Shown here: piece by piece, positions 1-13,264 of the stretch
Layout of the letters: each line of letters starts with the position of its first letter
Numbering within the stretch: position 1 is the first letter of the stretch
Source of the DNA: Octopus vulgaris
Taxonomy: Eukaryota
Assembly (NCBI GenBank): GCA_951406725.2
Contig: OX597823.1
Span: 110,794,001-110,858,000 of the forward strand
Direction of reading: 5' to 3'
Length of the DNA stretch: 64,000 nucleotides
Made by a program: the position numbers and the translations under genes
The notes under the pieces: model-generated
What the model saw: the letters and a program-made list of their open reading frames with translations, nothing else
Told to the model about the DNA's origin: nothing
The model's database searches: none

Positions 1-247
1 ACAAGTCATGTGAATTCTACAGAAATGATTGTAATTCACAACTGAAAAACTAGTCAGAAATAGACAAAGATATGTTTACATTGAAAGGAAAACAACTTGC
101 TTTTGTGTAATAAGAGGATTCACAAATTGGCTTCAGTTTTGAGTTTATGACTTTTCAGTACTCTCTCTATATATAGAGGCCGTAAATTAAAATCAGTAGA
201 TTCACTTTTAAAGCTTTGGTGTTAGTATTACTCTTTTAATCATTTAT

Positions 248-635
248 TTGTTTCAGTCATTTGATGACTGTGGCCATGCTGGAGCACAGCTTTTAGTCAA
301 ACAAATCACCCCCAGAACTCATTCTTTGTAAGCTTAGTACTTATTCTATTGGGATCTTTTGCCGAACCACTAAGTTCCGGGGACGTAAACACACCAGCAT
401 CAGTTGTCAAGCGATAGTGGGGGTACAAACACAGACACACAAACATGCACACTCACACACACACACACACACACAAGATGGGTGTCTTTCAGTGTCCATT
501 TGCCAAATCCACTCACAAGCCTTTGGTCAGCCCGAAGCTATAGTAGAAGACACTTGCCCAAGGTGCCACATAAAGGAACTGAACCTAGAACCATGTGGGT
601 CATAAGCAAGCTGCTTACCACACAGCCACTCCTGC
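248..635 (-). mobile_element. tRNA-derived SINE, family A
   Basis: Minus-strand head with A box TGGCTGTGTGG and B-box-like GGTTCAGTTCC, CORE-like CCTTGGGCAAGTGTCTT and an internal (TG)n; more than 10 homologous copies in the window. Confidence 0.85.
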
Positions 636-761
636 TTGAATATTTGAAGTTTGTATTTCTTAATTGAAGACAAGAACAGTTTCTTCCTCTCATATTAATG
701 TTGACACCATGATTTTAAGGTTTTTTTTATCTGATTCTCATTATTGCTAGCATCAGATTAA

Positions 762-965
762 GGAAGCGAACCAGCAGATTTGTTAGCACACTGGACAAAA
801 GGCTTAGTGTTACTTCATCCATCGCTACATTCTGAGTTCAAATTCCGCTGAGGTCAACTTTGCCTATCATCCTTTCAGGGCCGATAAAATAAGTACCGGT
901 TGAAGACTGGGGTTGATGTAATCGACTCCTCCCCACCTTCCCCAAACTGCCCTTGTGGCAAAAAT
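762..965 (+). mobile_element. tRNA-derived SINE, family B (Meta/Sauria-like central domain)
   Basis: B box GAGTTCAAATTCC followed by CTTTGCCTATCATCCTTTCAGGGCCGATAAAATAAGTACC; many copies in the window. Confidence 0.8.
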
Positions 966-1366
966 TTAAAATAATTATTAGAATCAGATTGTGTGTAAGT
1001 GATAATAGCTCCTGTGATCATTATATCCATTTGGCTTTGCCGTAGTGCATCATACTTTTAATAACATTGCTTTCTTCATTTCCTTTTAAAAGCCAAATTT
1101 ATTTTCAGTGGCATAAAGCACTGACCATACAGCTGGACCCAAATAAATGGCTATGTTGTGTGCTTGTTAGCAAATGACTTCCCCAACCTCTGCCATACTT
1201 GTATATGTTTTAATTAAATATATAGATATATATATATATAAATATATAGATTATTAATCATATGTCTAAATGTAAACTTGCTTGTATGTTTATATATAAG
1301 CATAATAATGTAAGTTTATGTGTGTGTGTTTGTGCGTACAATTGTATATGCTCACATATGTGTGTT

Positions 1367-2660
1367 TACAAAGTGCATTCCAGAAGTTTCCAAACTTTTT
1401 CAAGAGTGACATTTATTATTTCAAAAAATTCAAGACTCTTATCTCTTCCAAAGTAGATTCCTCTGACTTCAATGCACTTATTAAAGTCCTTCAGCTATTT
1501 CATGGAAGTCGCGTGAAAGTTCTTCAAACTGAAGGTGTTCAGGACCCTTGTGACAGTCACTTTCATCTCAATGTCTTCAAAATGACTGCCTCTGAGGTTC
1601 TTTTTCAGGTTGAGGAGCAAGCAAATGTAACCAAGCGCAACATCTTGACTGTAGGGAACATGAAGGGCAGTTTTGACACCCATCTCTGTGAAGTAGTTGG
1701 TTACCAGGATGGAACTGTGGACTGCTGCATTGCCCTGGTGCAGGTATCACTGACCTGTGTGATGAAATCTCTTCCTAAACTCCCTCAAAACCTCCATAAA
1801 GTACTCTTTGTTAATTGACTGACCAGAGGGAACCCACTGGTTGTAGATGCTGCCCTTGCTGTCAAAAAACAGAATCATCAAGAGCTTCTTGGGGAAACTG
1901 CTTTGTGTGACTTTTTTTGATCTTGGGGAAGCAAGATATTTCCATTGGGTATTTTTTGGATCATAACAGGAGATTCAGCTTTCATCATGGGTCACCAGAG
2001 ATTCAAGTGCTCTTGTATCAGAGGTAATGGGCTCAAACATTTCCCTAACGTGACCAACATATTTCCTTCTGTTTGTCACTGAGCACCCTGGGAATAAACT
2101 TTACAAGAATGTTGCACATGTTCAGATCTTCATAAATAACTCTGTGCACAGTTGCTACATCAATTCCAAACTGTATGCTTATAGTCATTATTGATACATG
2201 ACAGCTTTCATCCAGAAAATTGCCCTAATTTTCTGTCTTCTCTCTCTCTCTCCCTCTTACACCCTTCATTTTCTCTCACCTCCTCTCTACAATTCTTGAA
2301 CCTCTTGTGCCAACAAACAACAGATGCTTGACTCATACATGTTAATCCATAAACAGTTGGAATATTTCATACATTTCTGAAGTGCTTTTGCCAAATTTCA
2401 CAAAAAAATTTTATTGGATATTGAGCTTCAAAATTGTCTTCGAATCCTTACTGCAATCATTCAAACAAGTCAGCTATGTAACAAGGAGCATGTAGCAGGG
2501 CGTATTAAAAGTGCTATTTCCTTCAATCTGAGATAAAAAAAAATTGCCAAGTCAGCTCTATTAGATGTATAGTAATGACATGCTAAACTTAAAATAATCT
2601 AGGACCCTTAAAACTGTCTCTCCTAAACATGTCTCCAAATTTTCTGAAACCCACCTCATA
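1367..2660 (-). mobile_element. Decayed Tc1/mariner transposon (transposase pseudogene)
   Basis: Minus frames give VKFGKSTSEMYEIF...MSQASVVCWHKRFK (N-terminal HTH) and HVPYSQDVALGYICLLLNLKKNLRGSHFEDIE (YSPDLAP-like); degenerate TA-bounded TIRs at both ends; ~1.3 kb. Confidence 0.8.
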
Positions 2661-3018
2661 TGTACATGCATGTGTGTACATATATACATGTCTATGCGTA
2701 AATATTTTTTCATCTTAATGCTTATCTCTATATATTAGCATTTCATACATATGTGTATATTACTGAAACTTTAAAAGTTTCGATTTCGTTATATTTTCAT
2801 TTTATTCTTGATATTTTCTTTATTCGCTTTGATTTATGGGTAGATTTTGAAATTTAGTGATTATCACATGATTCTCTAATAATAATGTTTATTCAAACAA
2901 TCTGGGAGAAAAAAAAATATATATTATTCCTATAAAAAGTGAATCCATGATTTCTAAATTAGTAAGTGCCATGCATGAAAATCTTTGCCCTTGAGTCACT
3001 TATACAACTTCTCAACAT

Positions 3019-3063
<45 letters not shown>

Positions 3064-3371
3064 ATATATCGGTATGTGTATATGGATGTCTGTTTGAGTG
3101 AATGTGTGCTTGCATATATACACATATATACACATACAGAATATCATCTCAGTGTCATGTGATATATCAAAATCATTATAGACTGTCAGAAAAACCACCA
3201 GGTCCATTACCACTTTGTCACTTACATTAATTTCAAAATGTTTTAAAATCACATTTTATGGACAAGACAATCATAAAATGTAGACACAAAGAAAAATGGC
3301 AAAAAGTATTATTTGCCATTCTGGTAATTGTTTTTTATTATATTTTTTTGTCTTTTAAGTTTTATTTGTTA

Positions 3372-3432
<61 letters not shown>

Positions 3433-4822
3433 CATTATTATTATTATCAACTTCATCGTCGTCATCATTGCTGATGTATTTTCAGTCAGTAGTTTATTTT
3501 TATTTCCTGATTTAAAAGTTATTTTTCTATTCTTGTTAAGAATAAAAATAAACCATTTAGACAATATTTTAGGAGGACAAACTGTGTTTTTTTAGAAATA
3601 TTGAAATCACTTCAAATTGTCAGTAGAATTTAGGATGGGATGATGTATGGCATCCCAACACAAATAGCATGAATCTGAGTTGAAAATACAGAGCTTTTAC
3701 TTGTTTGCATAGAATAATTCAAATTTCAAGCAGGCAATGTTAAAGATATAGCATTACTAGAGAAACTTTGATGGGTCTAACATCAAAGAAACTTTGCTAT
3801 TAGTCGCATGAATGTAACTGAAATACTTTGCTTTTCTATTCAGTGTAGAATTGTGTATGTATGTCAAAATCATAAGGATTTCCAATTGGCAGCTGATGAT
3901 GTGCTGTTTATATATGTCGTCCTTGTTTAATTGAATATATTTTTTTGTTGTGAGCATTTTGTACCTGTGTTCTCCTAATTTCTGTAACTTTCTCTATTAT
4001 GGTCCTGGTTCTGGTTGGGTCCTTCCGTTGTTTGGGATTGGTCTGAGTTATGTTTTTAGTTCGCTTTGTAAGTTAAATGATTACAGGGTATGTAAGGTAA
4101 GCATCTGTTGCTGAATATGTTTTATTTTTAATGTTTTAGGGATTCCGTGAATTGATTTTTATGGTTTTATTACAAATGTGCGCGTGCATGTATCTGCATG
4201 TGTATATATTTGTGTGTCTATATGTATGTGTCAGTGTTATATTTCTATTTCTATTTATATATCTCACATATATATATTTTTATAAACACACACAGACACA
4301 CATATATATACATATATATATCAATAGATAGATACATACATACATATATACATACATACATATACATATATATATATATATGCATACACACATATACACA
4401 TATACATCCACATACACATATATTTATTGAATAAGTTTTCTTTTTACATACTAATAACTATAAATTTTACAGGTATCCTTCATTACACAACATCCTGTTT
4501 ACACTACTACTCCAACAATTCCTGTTCATAAAATTCTTTCACAAACACTAAGCTCTAATAACTAACCTAATCCAAAAATTGAACATTCCATTGTGATATA
4601 AGCTACAAACTTTCTAAAATACATCCAGTTTTTTTCTTCCCAATTATTACAAATCTTGCTCCAGTTCTTTAAAATCACTGTCAGGGATTAATACCAATCC
4701 CTTTCAGATTATTTTTAATTGGTTTGTCATATATTTTATTGTTCTGAAATTTTAAAGAATATGCATCGAACTCACTTGTACTGAATAAATAATTTCACAA
4801 TGTTTCGTCCATTTTCAGCTTG

Positions 4823-5653
4823 CTAGAAAGAGAAAAAAATATGTGTATGGATGAGGACAGCTGCAAAAAAAGTGCTGAGCTCTATCTGTGGAGGGAACCT
4901 GGGGAAGGGGTAGACCCAGGAAGACATGGAACGAAGTGGTGAGAAAGGATCTTCAGATGCTAGGCCTGACTGAGGAAATGACGAAGGACCAGCTGTCATG
5001 GCAATTTGCTGTACTTGAGATGACGCATAAAGCTATGTAAAATCTTTGTCAATCATGCATGATAGATGAATATGTGATTCAAATTACATAAGAACATTAT
5101 GTGATGCCATGTAAAAACATCCAGCACATTCTGTAAAGTGGTTGGGGTTAGGGTGGGCATCCACCTATAAAAACCATGCCAGATAAGGCTGGAGTCTGGT
5201 GCAACCCCCTGCCATGCCAATGCCATAAGAACAATATGCTGGTATAGGCTGGGTGGTGTGACCAGAGCTGGCACGGCAGGGGGTTGCACCAGACTCCAGC
5301 CTTATCTGGCATGGTTTTTATAGGTGGATGCCCTCCCTAACCCCGACCACTTTACAGAATGTGCTGGATGTTTTTACATGGCATCACATAATGTTCTTAT
5401 GTAATTTGAATCACATATTCATCTATCATGCATGATTGACAAAGATTTTACATAGCTTTATGCGTCATTTCAAGTACAGCAAATTGCCATGACAGCTGGT
5501 CCTTCGTCATTTCCTCAGCATCTGAAGATCCTTTCTTACCACTTCGTTCCATGTCTTCCTGGGTCTACCCCTTCCCCAGGTTCTCTCCACACTTAGAGCT
5601 CAGCACTTTTTTTGCAGCTGTCTTCATCCATACACATATTTTTTTCTCTCTAG
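4823..5653. repeat. Long inverted repeat (arms 4823-5219 and 5269-5653, 49-nt spacer)
   Basis: Arms are reverse complements with about 9 substitutions, one 10-nt indel and one 2-nt indel; each arm holds an RTE LINE C-terminus (VEGTWGRGRPRKTWNEVVRKDLQMLGLTEEMTKD) plus family-C sequence. Confidence 0.97.
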
Positions 5654-6030
5654 ATTCAGCTCAGAACTGCAGCCATGCTGATGCACCACCGTTTTGCTAC
5701 ACTGTTATTATTAAGAGCCTCCTCTAATATGTGGCACATGGTGAAGAATGGAGTTTGATATAGCTACCCTCATTTGCACCTCTTGCCGTGAGGTAGGTTC
5801 ATCTGGGACTCTCAACAGGAAGAGGTCCAGCTTTGATTTGAAAACCCCTACATCTACTTTGTGCAAGTTCCTCAGACTCTTTTGGGAGAATATTAAAAAG
5901 CTGTGGGCCCTTGAGACCCAGGCTGTTGCAGTAACTGGTCCTGAAGCGTGATGGCATTGCTGGGATCTTTGGCACTATGCAGTGTCATCCCGTTCTGGCA
6001 CTGGTGTAGCTTTCAATGCCAAAATTTGGC
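5654..6030 (-). mobile_element. CR1-clade LINE 3' end
   Basis: Minus frame YCNSLGLKGPQLFNILPKSLRNLHKVDVGVFKSKLDLFLLRVPDEP, typical of invertebrate CR1 ORF2 C-termini, followed by a short 3' tail. Confidence 0.75.
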
Positions 6031-6382
6031 ACAATTGCTTCCAAGAATGTAAATATATTTATGTGTGTGTGTGTGTGTATGCATATGAGATAATATCTAA
6101 ATATTTGAATCATAAATACACAATAAAAAAGAGAATAAAGTGTATAAACATATACATATTTATACACACATAAATATTAATGTTTGTTTTCAGGTTCATT
6201 TGTGATAAAAACAATTTTACATTGATCTGAAGGGTTGCTCTATACTTTTGTAGAGTACAAAACAATAATGGATTCACTGGCTGAAACTTCGAAGTCACTG
6301 TCAATAATATTCTTATTTAAAGAATGATAAATACATACATACAAACATACGTACATACACACAGATATATACACATATATAC

Positions 6383-6437
<55 letters not shown>

Positions 6438-6443
<6 letters not shown>

Positions 6444-6645
6444 GCTATGATAGATCATTAGCCACTACACACATTTTTTTCTCTCCTTGTTTCTCTCCTT
6501 GTTTTTTTCTGGGTCCCTTTCTGTAGAAGAGCATAGGCACGAAGCGTAAAAGAGTTTTCCTATTCCTGAGCATTATACTAATACATCTGTTTGTTTTGTA
6601 AACTACCTGTCTTCGTCTTTTGCTTTTTTCATAAACTCTCCCTAT
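6438..6645 (+). mobile_element. TA-tract-embedded repeat (family H) with degenerate minimal hammerhead-like motif
   Basis: Homologous to 39295-39490; motif cttt-CTGTAGA-a-gagc-atag-gcac-GAAG-cg-TA-aaag at 6517-6552. Confidence 0.55.
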
Positions 6646-6655
6646 ATATATGAAT

Positions 6656-6716
<61 letters not shown>

Positions 6717-7434
6717 CAGTCAGACAGACAGACATATAGATACACACACATAAACACACACATACACACACACGCACGCACACACACACATACACACAAA
6801 CACACACACAACCAGATCAACAACACAGACAAACCCATAAACAGAATCACACATCATTCTATATATGAAATTACATTGTAAACTTTTCTAAAAGTTCTAT
6901 TTCAATCAGTTGAGATTTTAACCGCAAATGTTAAAAATCTCTCTATAAACAGGTGACATTAAGACATTACTGTGACATTTTTTCTAAGAAGCATTTCTTC
7001 TTCAATTGAGACACTATAATTTTCCTGTTGAAACAATCTTCAATCTTCTTCAGGAATTTATTTCAATGGAAATGCCAAAAATTGATATAATAAATGGTCA
7101 GTCGTCTGAAATCTTAATGTGTTTTATTTTTGTTTATATATGTTTTCTTTTTTAAGTATTTTGTTTGTTTTGACCGATAAATTTCTCTTAGAATTTAGTT
7201 ACTTAATTCTTAGTATAGAATTTTGCTAAGTGATTAACTTGGAGTATCTTGCACTGAAATCATTTTTTATTTCTTTTTATTATTATATATAATTACATAA
7301 CCTATCTACTTATTTATGTATCACTTTCTGCATATATTCATTCAATCATACATACAAATGTATGTACAAACATATATACTTATATATATATATATATATT
7401 TATATTATGATAATAATAATAATAATGATAATAA

Positions 7435-7655
7435 GGCATGATAAAAAAATGTTCAGACAAATACATAACAAAAACACCAGGACTTACAAACACATATAAC
7501 ACAGAAAATTGCACTACTAGGCCCTGTACACATTCTATGCGGAACACTTTCAATACAGTAACCATCAGAGCATCACATTAAATCACAGCACATACCCAAG
7601 GCACACAGAGCTGCACTCAGTAGTGAAGTGAAAGCACACTATAAAAATAAAAGTA

Positions 7656-7659
<4 letters not shown>
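7435..7659 (+). mobile_element. R4/Dong-like LINE 3' fragment (second subfamily)
   Basis: GMIKKCSDKYITKTPGLTNTYN/KIALLGPVHILCGTLSIQ* (one frameshift) is homologous to the C-terminus of the adjacent element; bounded by (TAA)n. Confidence 0.7.
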
Positions 7660-7719
<60 letters not shown>

Positions 7720-8490
7720 GATAAATGGCAAGAAAAACCTCTCTATGGCAAATACCCAAAGAGAGCGAATAATGCAGATGTTGACAAAGCCCCGACCCAT
7801 CAATGGCTAATGGCCTCTGGCTTAAAATCTGAAACAGAAGGGTTTATCATAGCAGCTCAAGATCAATGCCTACCAACAAGGAACTACCAGGCCAACATAT
7901 TAAAGAACAGCAGTAGCCCAACATGTCGTGTATGTCAACAACAAAATGAAACCATTGATCATGTTGTCTCCAAGTGCAGTCTTCTAGCGCCTACAGAGTA
8001 TCTCAACAGGCATGATAGAGCTGCACAATATATTCACTGGGTAATTTGCAAAAACCTGGATTTGCCCCATGAAAAAAACTGGTGGGAACACAAACCACCT
8101 CCAGTGCTTGAAAATGACCACATCTCACTCCTCTGGAACTTCCCCATTCAAACTGACAGAAAAATAGATGCAAATAGGCCAGACATCATATTGAAAGATT
8201 TCAAACAAAGAACATGCCTCCTCGTTGATATGACTGTCTCAATCGATATAAACGTATCTGTCAAGACCTACCAAAAACTGAGCAAATATAAAGATCTTGA
8301 AATAGAAATCAGCAAAATGTGGAACCTGAAGACTAAAACAATACTTGTTGTCATAGGTACCCTGGGAATGATAGCAAAAGGGGCTGATTGCTACCTAACT
8401 CAGATACCAGGAAACACCAAAATGGCAGAAATTCAAAAGATAGTGCTCATGGGAACTGCTCATATCCTACGCAAAATACTTTCTATGTAA
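7720..8490 (+). pseudogene. C-terminal part of R4/Dong ORF: CCHC zinc knuckle plus restriction-like endonuclease
   Basis: ETEGFIIAAQDQ, CRVC...ETIDHVVSKC (CCHC), YLNRHD, NRPDIILKD, KLSKYKDL motifs; RT domain absent (truncated). Confidence 0.9.
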
Positions 8491-8683
8491 TCTCAAGTTT
8501 TAAAACAAACATAATTTTCGTTTCTTTTTTTTAGACATTCACTTGTACAACACTAAATACAAAACCAAATATATGTCACACTAGGTGTAACAACATCACA
8601 AACTTCCAACCTGTTGTCTCTTGAGGTCTCTGGGTGAGACTTGGAGCCAACTTGTACAAATATAAAGCAAAAGTCAAGCATAG
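7720..8683 (+). mobile_element. 5'-truncated R4/Dong-type non-LTR retrotransposon in (TAA)n
   Basis: Open frame 7720-8490 followed by a 3' UTR; TAA repeats on both sides; near-identical 3' end at 53401. Confidence 0.9.
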
Positions 8684-9799
8684 AATAATAATAATAATAT
8701 GAGGGAATATAATTGAGTAAAATATTAAATCTATAGATACTACATATATATTAATAATATAGTTAGTTTATATAATAGGTGTGTATATATTTGAACCATT
8801 TCCTATTTTTAATTCTAAGATTTGTAGCTTGTATTAGCATTATGTATATTACTTAACATTAAGGTTTTTAATATGAATTACTTAATGAGTATAAGATTTT
8901 ATTTAGATGTTTATTAGATAAATAAATTAATAATTTAATTTAATGTATATATATATATAATCACTGTTTAGAGTTTGTTTTCCATGCTGGCATTAGTTGC
9001 ATAGGTTTATCAGATCCAACATACCAAACAACTGCACCAAGTTCGAATGTCTGTCTTGGCACAGTTTCTATGTGAGGATTCCCTTCCTAATGCCAGTCAT
9101 ATTACAAAGGATATAGGGTCCTTTATACATGCCACTAGTGAGATCACCAAATAAAAACTTGCAAGAGTCCCTTCTAATGAGTTGAATGTAGCAATGAAGG
9201 AGGGGATTTTTATGCTAAATGTTGAGATGCTAAAATATGATGGAAAAACTAGAACAGGTATCTTGCTGAAGAGGAGAGACAAAACGTCCCCAAGTGGAAA
9301 GAAAGAAGCCAGATGGTGAGGGCTTACTTTCAAGTACAAGGGGAATATAAGAGAAAAAAATATGGATAATAGATTGGAAGATGTGGGGGGGATAGGTAAG
9401 TTCATGAGAGTGTGAAAGGAGAGTGACAGATGGTTAAAGATGGGAATAGATGTAGAAGCAGTGAATGGTACCCACAAGTGGAGACATGGACAATGGTAAC
9501 TGCTGGTTTAGGTGGATTTGAAGGAAATAGGATGGGGGTCAGAGGGAAAGGGGAGGAGGAGGAGACATGATAAGTGACAGTATTAGGGGAACAATGGAAA
9601 GTCATCATCATCATGTGAAGTGGTGAAAGTGTAAGGTGATAAATGGTATCACCACCTTAGTGAGTAGTGTAGCAATTACAAGAGTGAATGAGGGATGGGT
9701 GTTAGAAGATGAATTGTAGGATAAGGCTTGACAGGACTCAGTTTTGACTGAGTTGGATGGATCTTCTCAAGCACAGCATATCACTAATCATCTAACTCT

Positions 9800-9945
9800 T
9801 TTGTCATTCCTTCTATTAATCTTAAGCTCTTATGGTTTTCTTCACTACTTCATCCCATGTCTTCCAGGATTTCCTTCTTCCACAGCTTCCAATCATTATT
9901 TCTATATGCAGCTGACCTCACCCATTCATGACATATGACCATGTA
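9800..9945 (-). mobile_element. Degenerate RTE LINE 3' fragment
   Basis: Reverse complement contains GGAAGACATGGGATGAAGTAGTGAAG (KTWDEVVK), homologous to the RTE end in the 4823 arm. Confidence 0.55.
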
Positions 9946-10147
9946 GCTGTTCAAGAATTTGGACCTGGAGATCTCCATTTCCAGCGACTTCAACAGCCAC
10001 CTCCCAGTGGTGTCGGGCATCAACAAAGAGCCCTCGACTACAACAAGATGACCAAAGTTTTTTTTTCCAAGGTCTGGGGGTCTCCCGCCCCTAAGCCCTA
10101 GACTATCACCTAATCACCCATACCCGTTTTGTTGCTTAACAACAACA
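9946..10147 (+). mobile_element. Short retroposed insertion with (AAC)n tail and 13-bp TSD
   Basis: TSD ATATGACCATGTA at 9933-9945 and 10148-10160; GC-richer than the flanks. Confidence 0.75.
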
Positions 10148-11023
10148 ATATGACCATGTACATCACAAAAATTTCCTTAAATTACTGTCTAACATGTTTC
10201 TTGAAGTCAAAATCCCAGACATTGTCATCAAGGTGCTGCAGGAGAGCCTCTCAAAAACGGTCCTTTGGTTCATCGGCCAGCCCAGCTGTGAAGTAGTCTA
10301 AACTTTATGTAAATCATAGTTTCTCACTTGCTTACAAAGAACATAATGGTCCACAATGCATTTTGATATTTTGTAATAAGATTGAGTAGTAAACTTTGTG
10401 AATGCTATTAAATGCTAGACAAAAGCTGCTGAAGAATTAATTAACCAGCTATTTAACATTAATGAAATTGTTTATTAGGCTGCAAAGTTGGTGACTGTCA
10501 TTAAACTGTAGAAGAAAAATGACTGAAGAATTAACAGCCTTTTAATAGTGATGAAAATATGCATTATTTACTACAACTACTCTGTTGCTAATAATAGTAA
10601 TGATATTTTCTAATCTTTTGCAAATAGTGTTTTGATTAGAAACAGTCTTTTCGAGCAATATGCAATAATGAGTAAAATTTAAAATACTTAACGTTCTAAC
10701 TTCAGTTTCGTTGGACTTGGAAATATCATCCCCATCAGGACACTCTTTTCAAAGAGTTATAAACTATATTTTGTCACAGTACTGAAATTATTGAAGTCCC
10801 TCATGTTGATTAGAACTTCCTAGTTGCATAACTAATACTTGCAAATGTATCCCCCACCACATACACACAGTGATGTAAACTGGGATTTGACAGATGAGCA
10901 ATCTTAACTATTAAGATTAATAAATTTATTAGCTGTTGTATGCATGTATATGTACATACATGTGCATGTTATATACATATGTAGGTGTGTGTGTGAATAT
11001 ATGTACTGACATATATATGTACT

Positions 11024-11071
<48 letters not shown>

Positions 11072-11850
11072 CACACACTCACACACACACATAAATGTAA
11101 TACTGTATAACAATACAGTGAAAGATATGAACATATATGTACATAGAGTTTGTACACAATATTATTGATAAACATATTTCCAGTTCTGGTGCAAAAAATA
11201 GAAGCCATTGATAAGCATCAGTCATTGTGGCAGCTAAGAAGAAAGCCTACCATTTTTCTGTCAAAGTTTAGATTCTCAAATGAGGAACAAAACTCAGAAC
11301 AATCCTTAATCCAGCTGATAAAGCTCTTGAAACCTCAATTAATTAAAACTGGAAATATATATTGTTTGAGAGAAAAATACAACAAACTTATCACATGTCA
11401 CAATATTAAACTAATTTGATTTTCTGATAGCAAAGGATATATGTATTTGCTGAAAGAAAAATATAGAAGAGAACAAGTATTAATATTAAACTAACGTGAC
11501 CTTCTGCAAGCAAAGAATAAATATTGTAAAATTAAATTAAATTAATTTTTTTAGAGGAGAAGCCCTGGATTAAAATCTGATGACATTTGTTTGTTTAGAA
11601 TTATTTTCTATTCACATATTTCAAAATTTTCCATAAAGATATATTGAAGAGAAGTAACATATCTTATCTGTACATGCATTGTGTGCTTCTGGTAACTTGA
11701 AAATCGTAATAGGATTTTTGTTCTTGGGCAAAACTATAAATCTGAGGGAAATGAAATTGAGAAATTTGCTTTTCAAAAAGTCTTTAAGTTTGCAGGTATG
11801 AGGCGCACTCAAAAATCTCCCAACTCAATGGTTTTCAATGATAAAGATTA

Positions 11851-12081
11851 CATATATTTCTTTACCACCCACAAGGGGCTAAACACAGAGGGGACAAAGA
11901 AGGACAAACAGACTAAGTCGATCACACGGACCCCAGAACGTAACTGGTACTTAATTTATCGACTCCGAAAGGATGAAAGGCAAAGTCGACCTCGGTGGAA
12001 TTTGAACTCAGAACGTAACAGCAGATGAAATACGGCTACGCATTTCGCCCAGCGTGCTAATGTTTCTGCCAACTCGCTGCC
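11851..12081 (-). mobile_element. SINE family B, full length with TSD
   Basis: TSD TTCAATGATAAAGATTA at 11834-11850 and 12082-12098. Confidence 0.9.
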
Positions 12082-12417
12082 TTCAATGATAAAGATTATA
12101 TATGTGTTTGTAAGGATATATGCTTGTGTGCATATATGGAAAGAACACAGTACACACTGTGCTATTAGGAAGGGCATTCAACCATAGAAACTATGCCTAA
12201 ACTAAAACATTTGAGGAAGACATGGCCATGTTGTCTGCCAGACCATTGGATCATGCCAAACCATCTAACCAATGCCATTACCACCAACACCACCATCACC
12301 AGCACCGTCACCACCACTACAACCACTACCGTCACCACCACCACCACCACCACCATCATCATCATCCAACAGTTTTATACTGCTACAATGGGTTGCAGGC
12401 TTCCATCTTTCAATGTG

Positions 12418-13013
12418 TATGAGGTGGTATCAAGAAGTTCCTGGACTACTTTTCTGGCACATCAACAGATGGCAGCACAAGTTGTGTGCCCAGTGAGAAA
12501 TAGCAGTGACCTTCATTAGGCAGCGTGCAGAGTGACATCACTGTTTTTACTTGACAAGTTGTGAAATTTGTGTCTTTGTGATTGATGTGTACGTTGTAGT
12601 CAGTGAATTTGTTATGGACAGGAACAAAGAGCCAACGTGAAATTTTGGCATTAAACTTGGGAAGTCTCCTACAAAGGCCTTGAAAAGACTTCAGCAAACT
12701 TATGGCAACAAGGCAATGGGTCATACGCAATATTTCAAGTGGCACAGATGCTTCACAAAGCAGGATTACATCCTTTTTTTCTGTTTCTTTCTTTTTATTT
12801 GATTCAGTCATTTGACTGCGGCCATGCTGGAACACAGCCTTTAGTCGATCAAATCGACCCTATGACTTATTCTTTGTAAGCCTAGTACTTATTCTGTCGG
12901 TCTCTCTTGACAAACTGCTAAGTTACGGGGACATAAACACACCAGCATCGGTTGTCAAGCGATGTTGGGGGCGACAAACACAGACACACAAACACACACA
13001 CACACACACACAT

Positions 13014-13057
<44 letters not shown>

Positions 13058-13218
13058 GACGGGCTTCTTTCCAGTTTCCATCTACCAAATCCACTCACAA
13101 GGCTTTGGTCAGCCCGAGGCTATAGTAGAAGACACTTACCCAAGGTGCCACGAAGTGGGACTGAACTTGGAACCATGTGGTTGGTAAGCAAGTTACTTAC
13201 TACACAGCCATTCCTGCA

Positions 13219-13264
<46 letters not shown>

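Noticed and set aside
404-667. Recurrent short ORFs such as HLPNPLTRLWSARGYSRRHLPKVP
   Set aside because: Antisense translation of SINE A, recurring because the SINE recurs.
1318-1818. 166-aa plus-strand ORF
   Set aside because: Antisense shadow of the decayed mariner transposase.
3886-3920. CTGATGA after a possible stem (ttggcag)
   Set aside because: No correctly placed GAAA and UH strands could be found, so no hammerhead was called.
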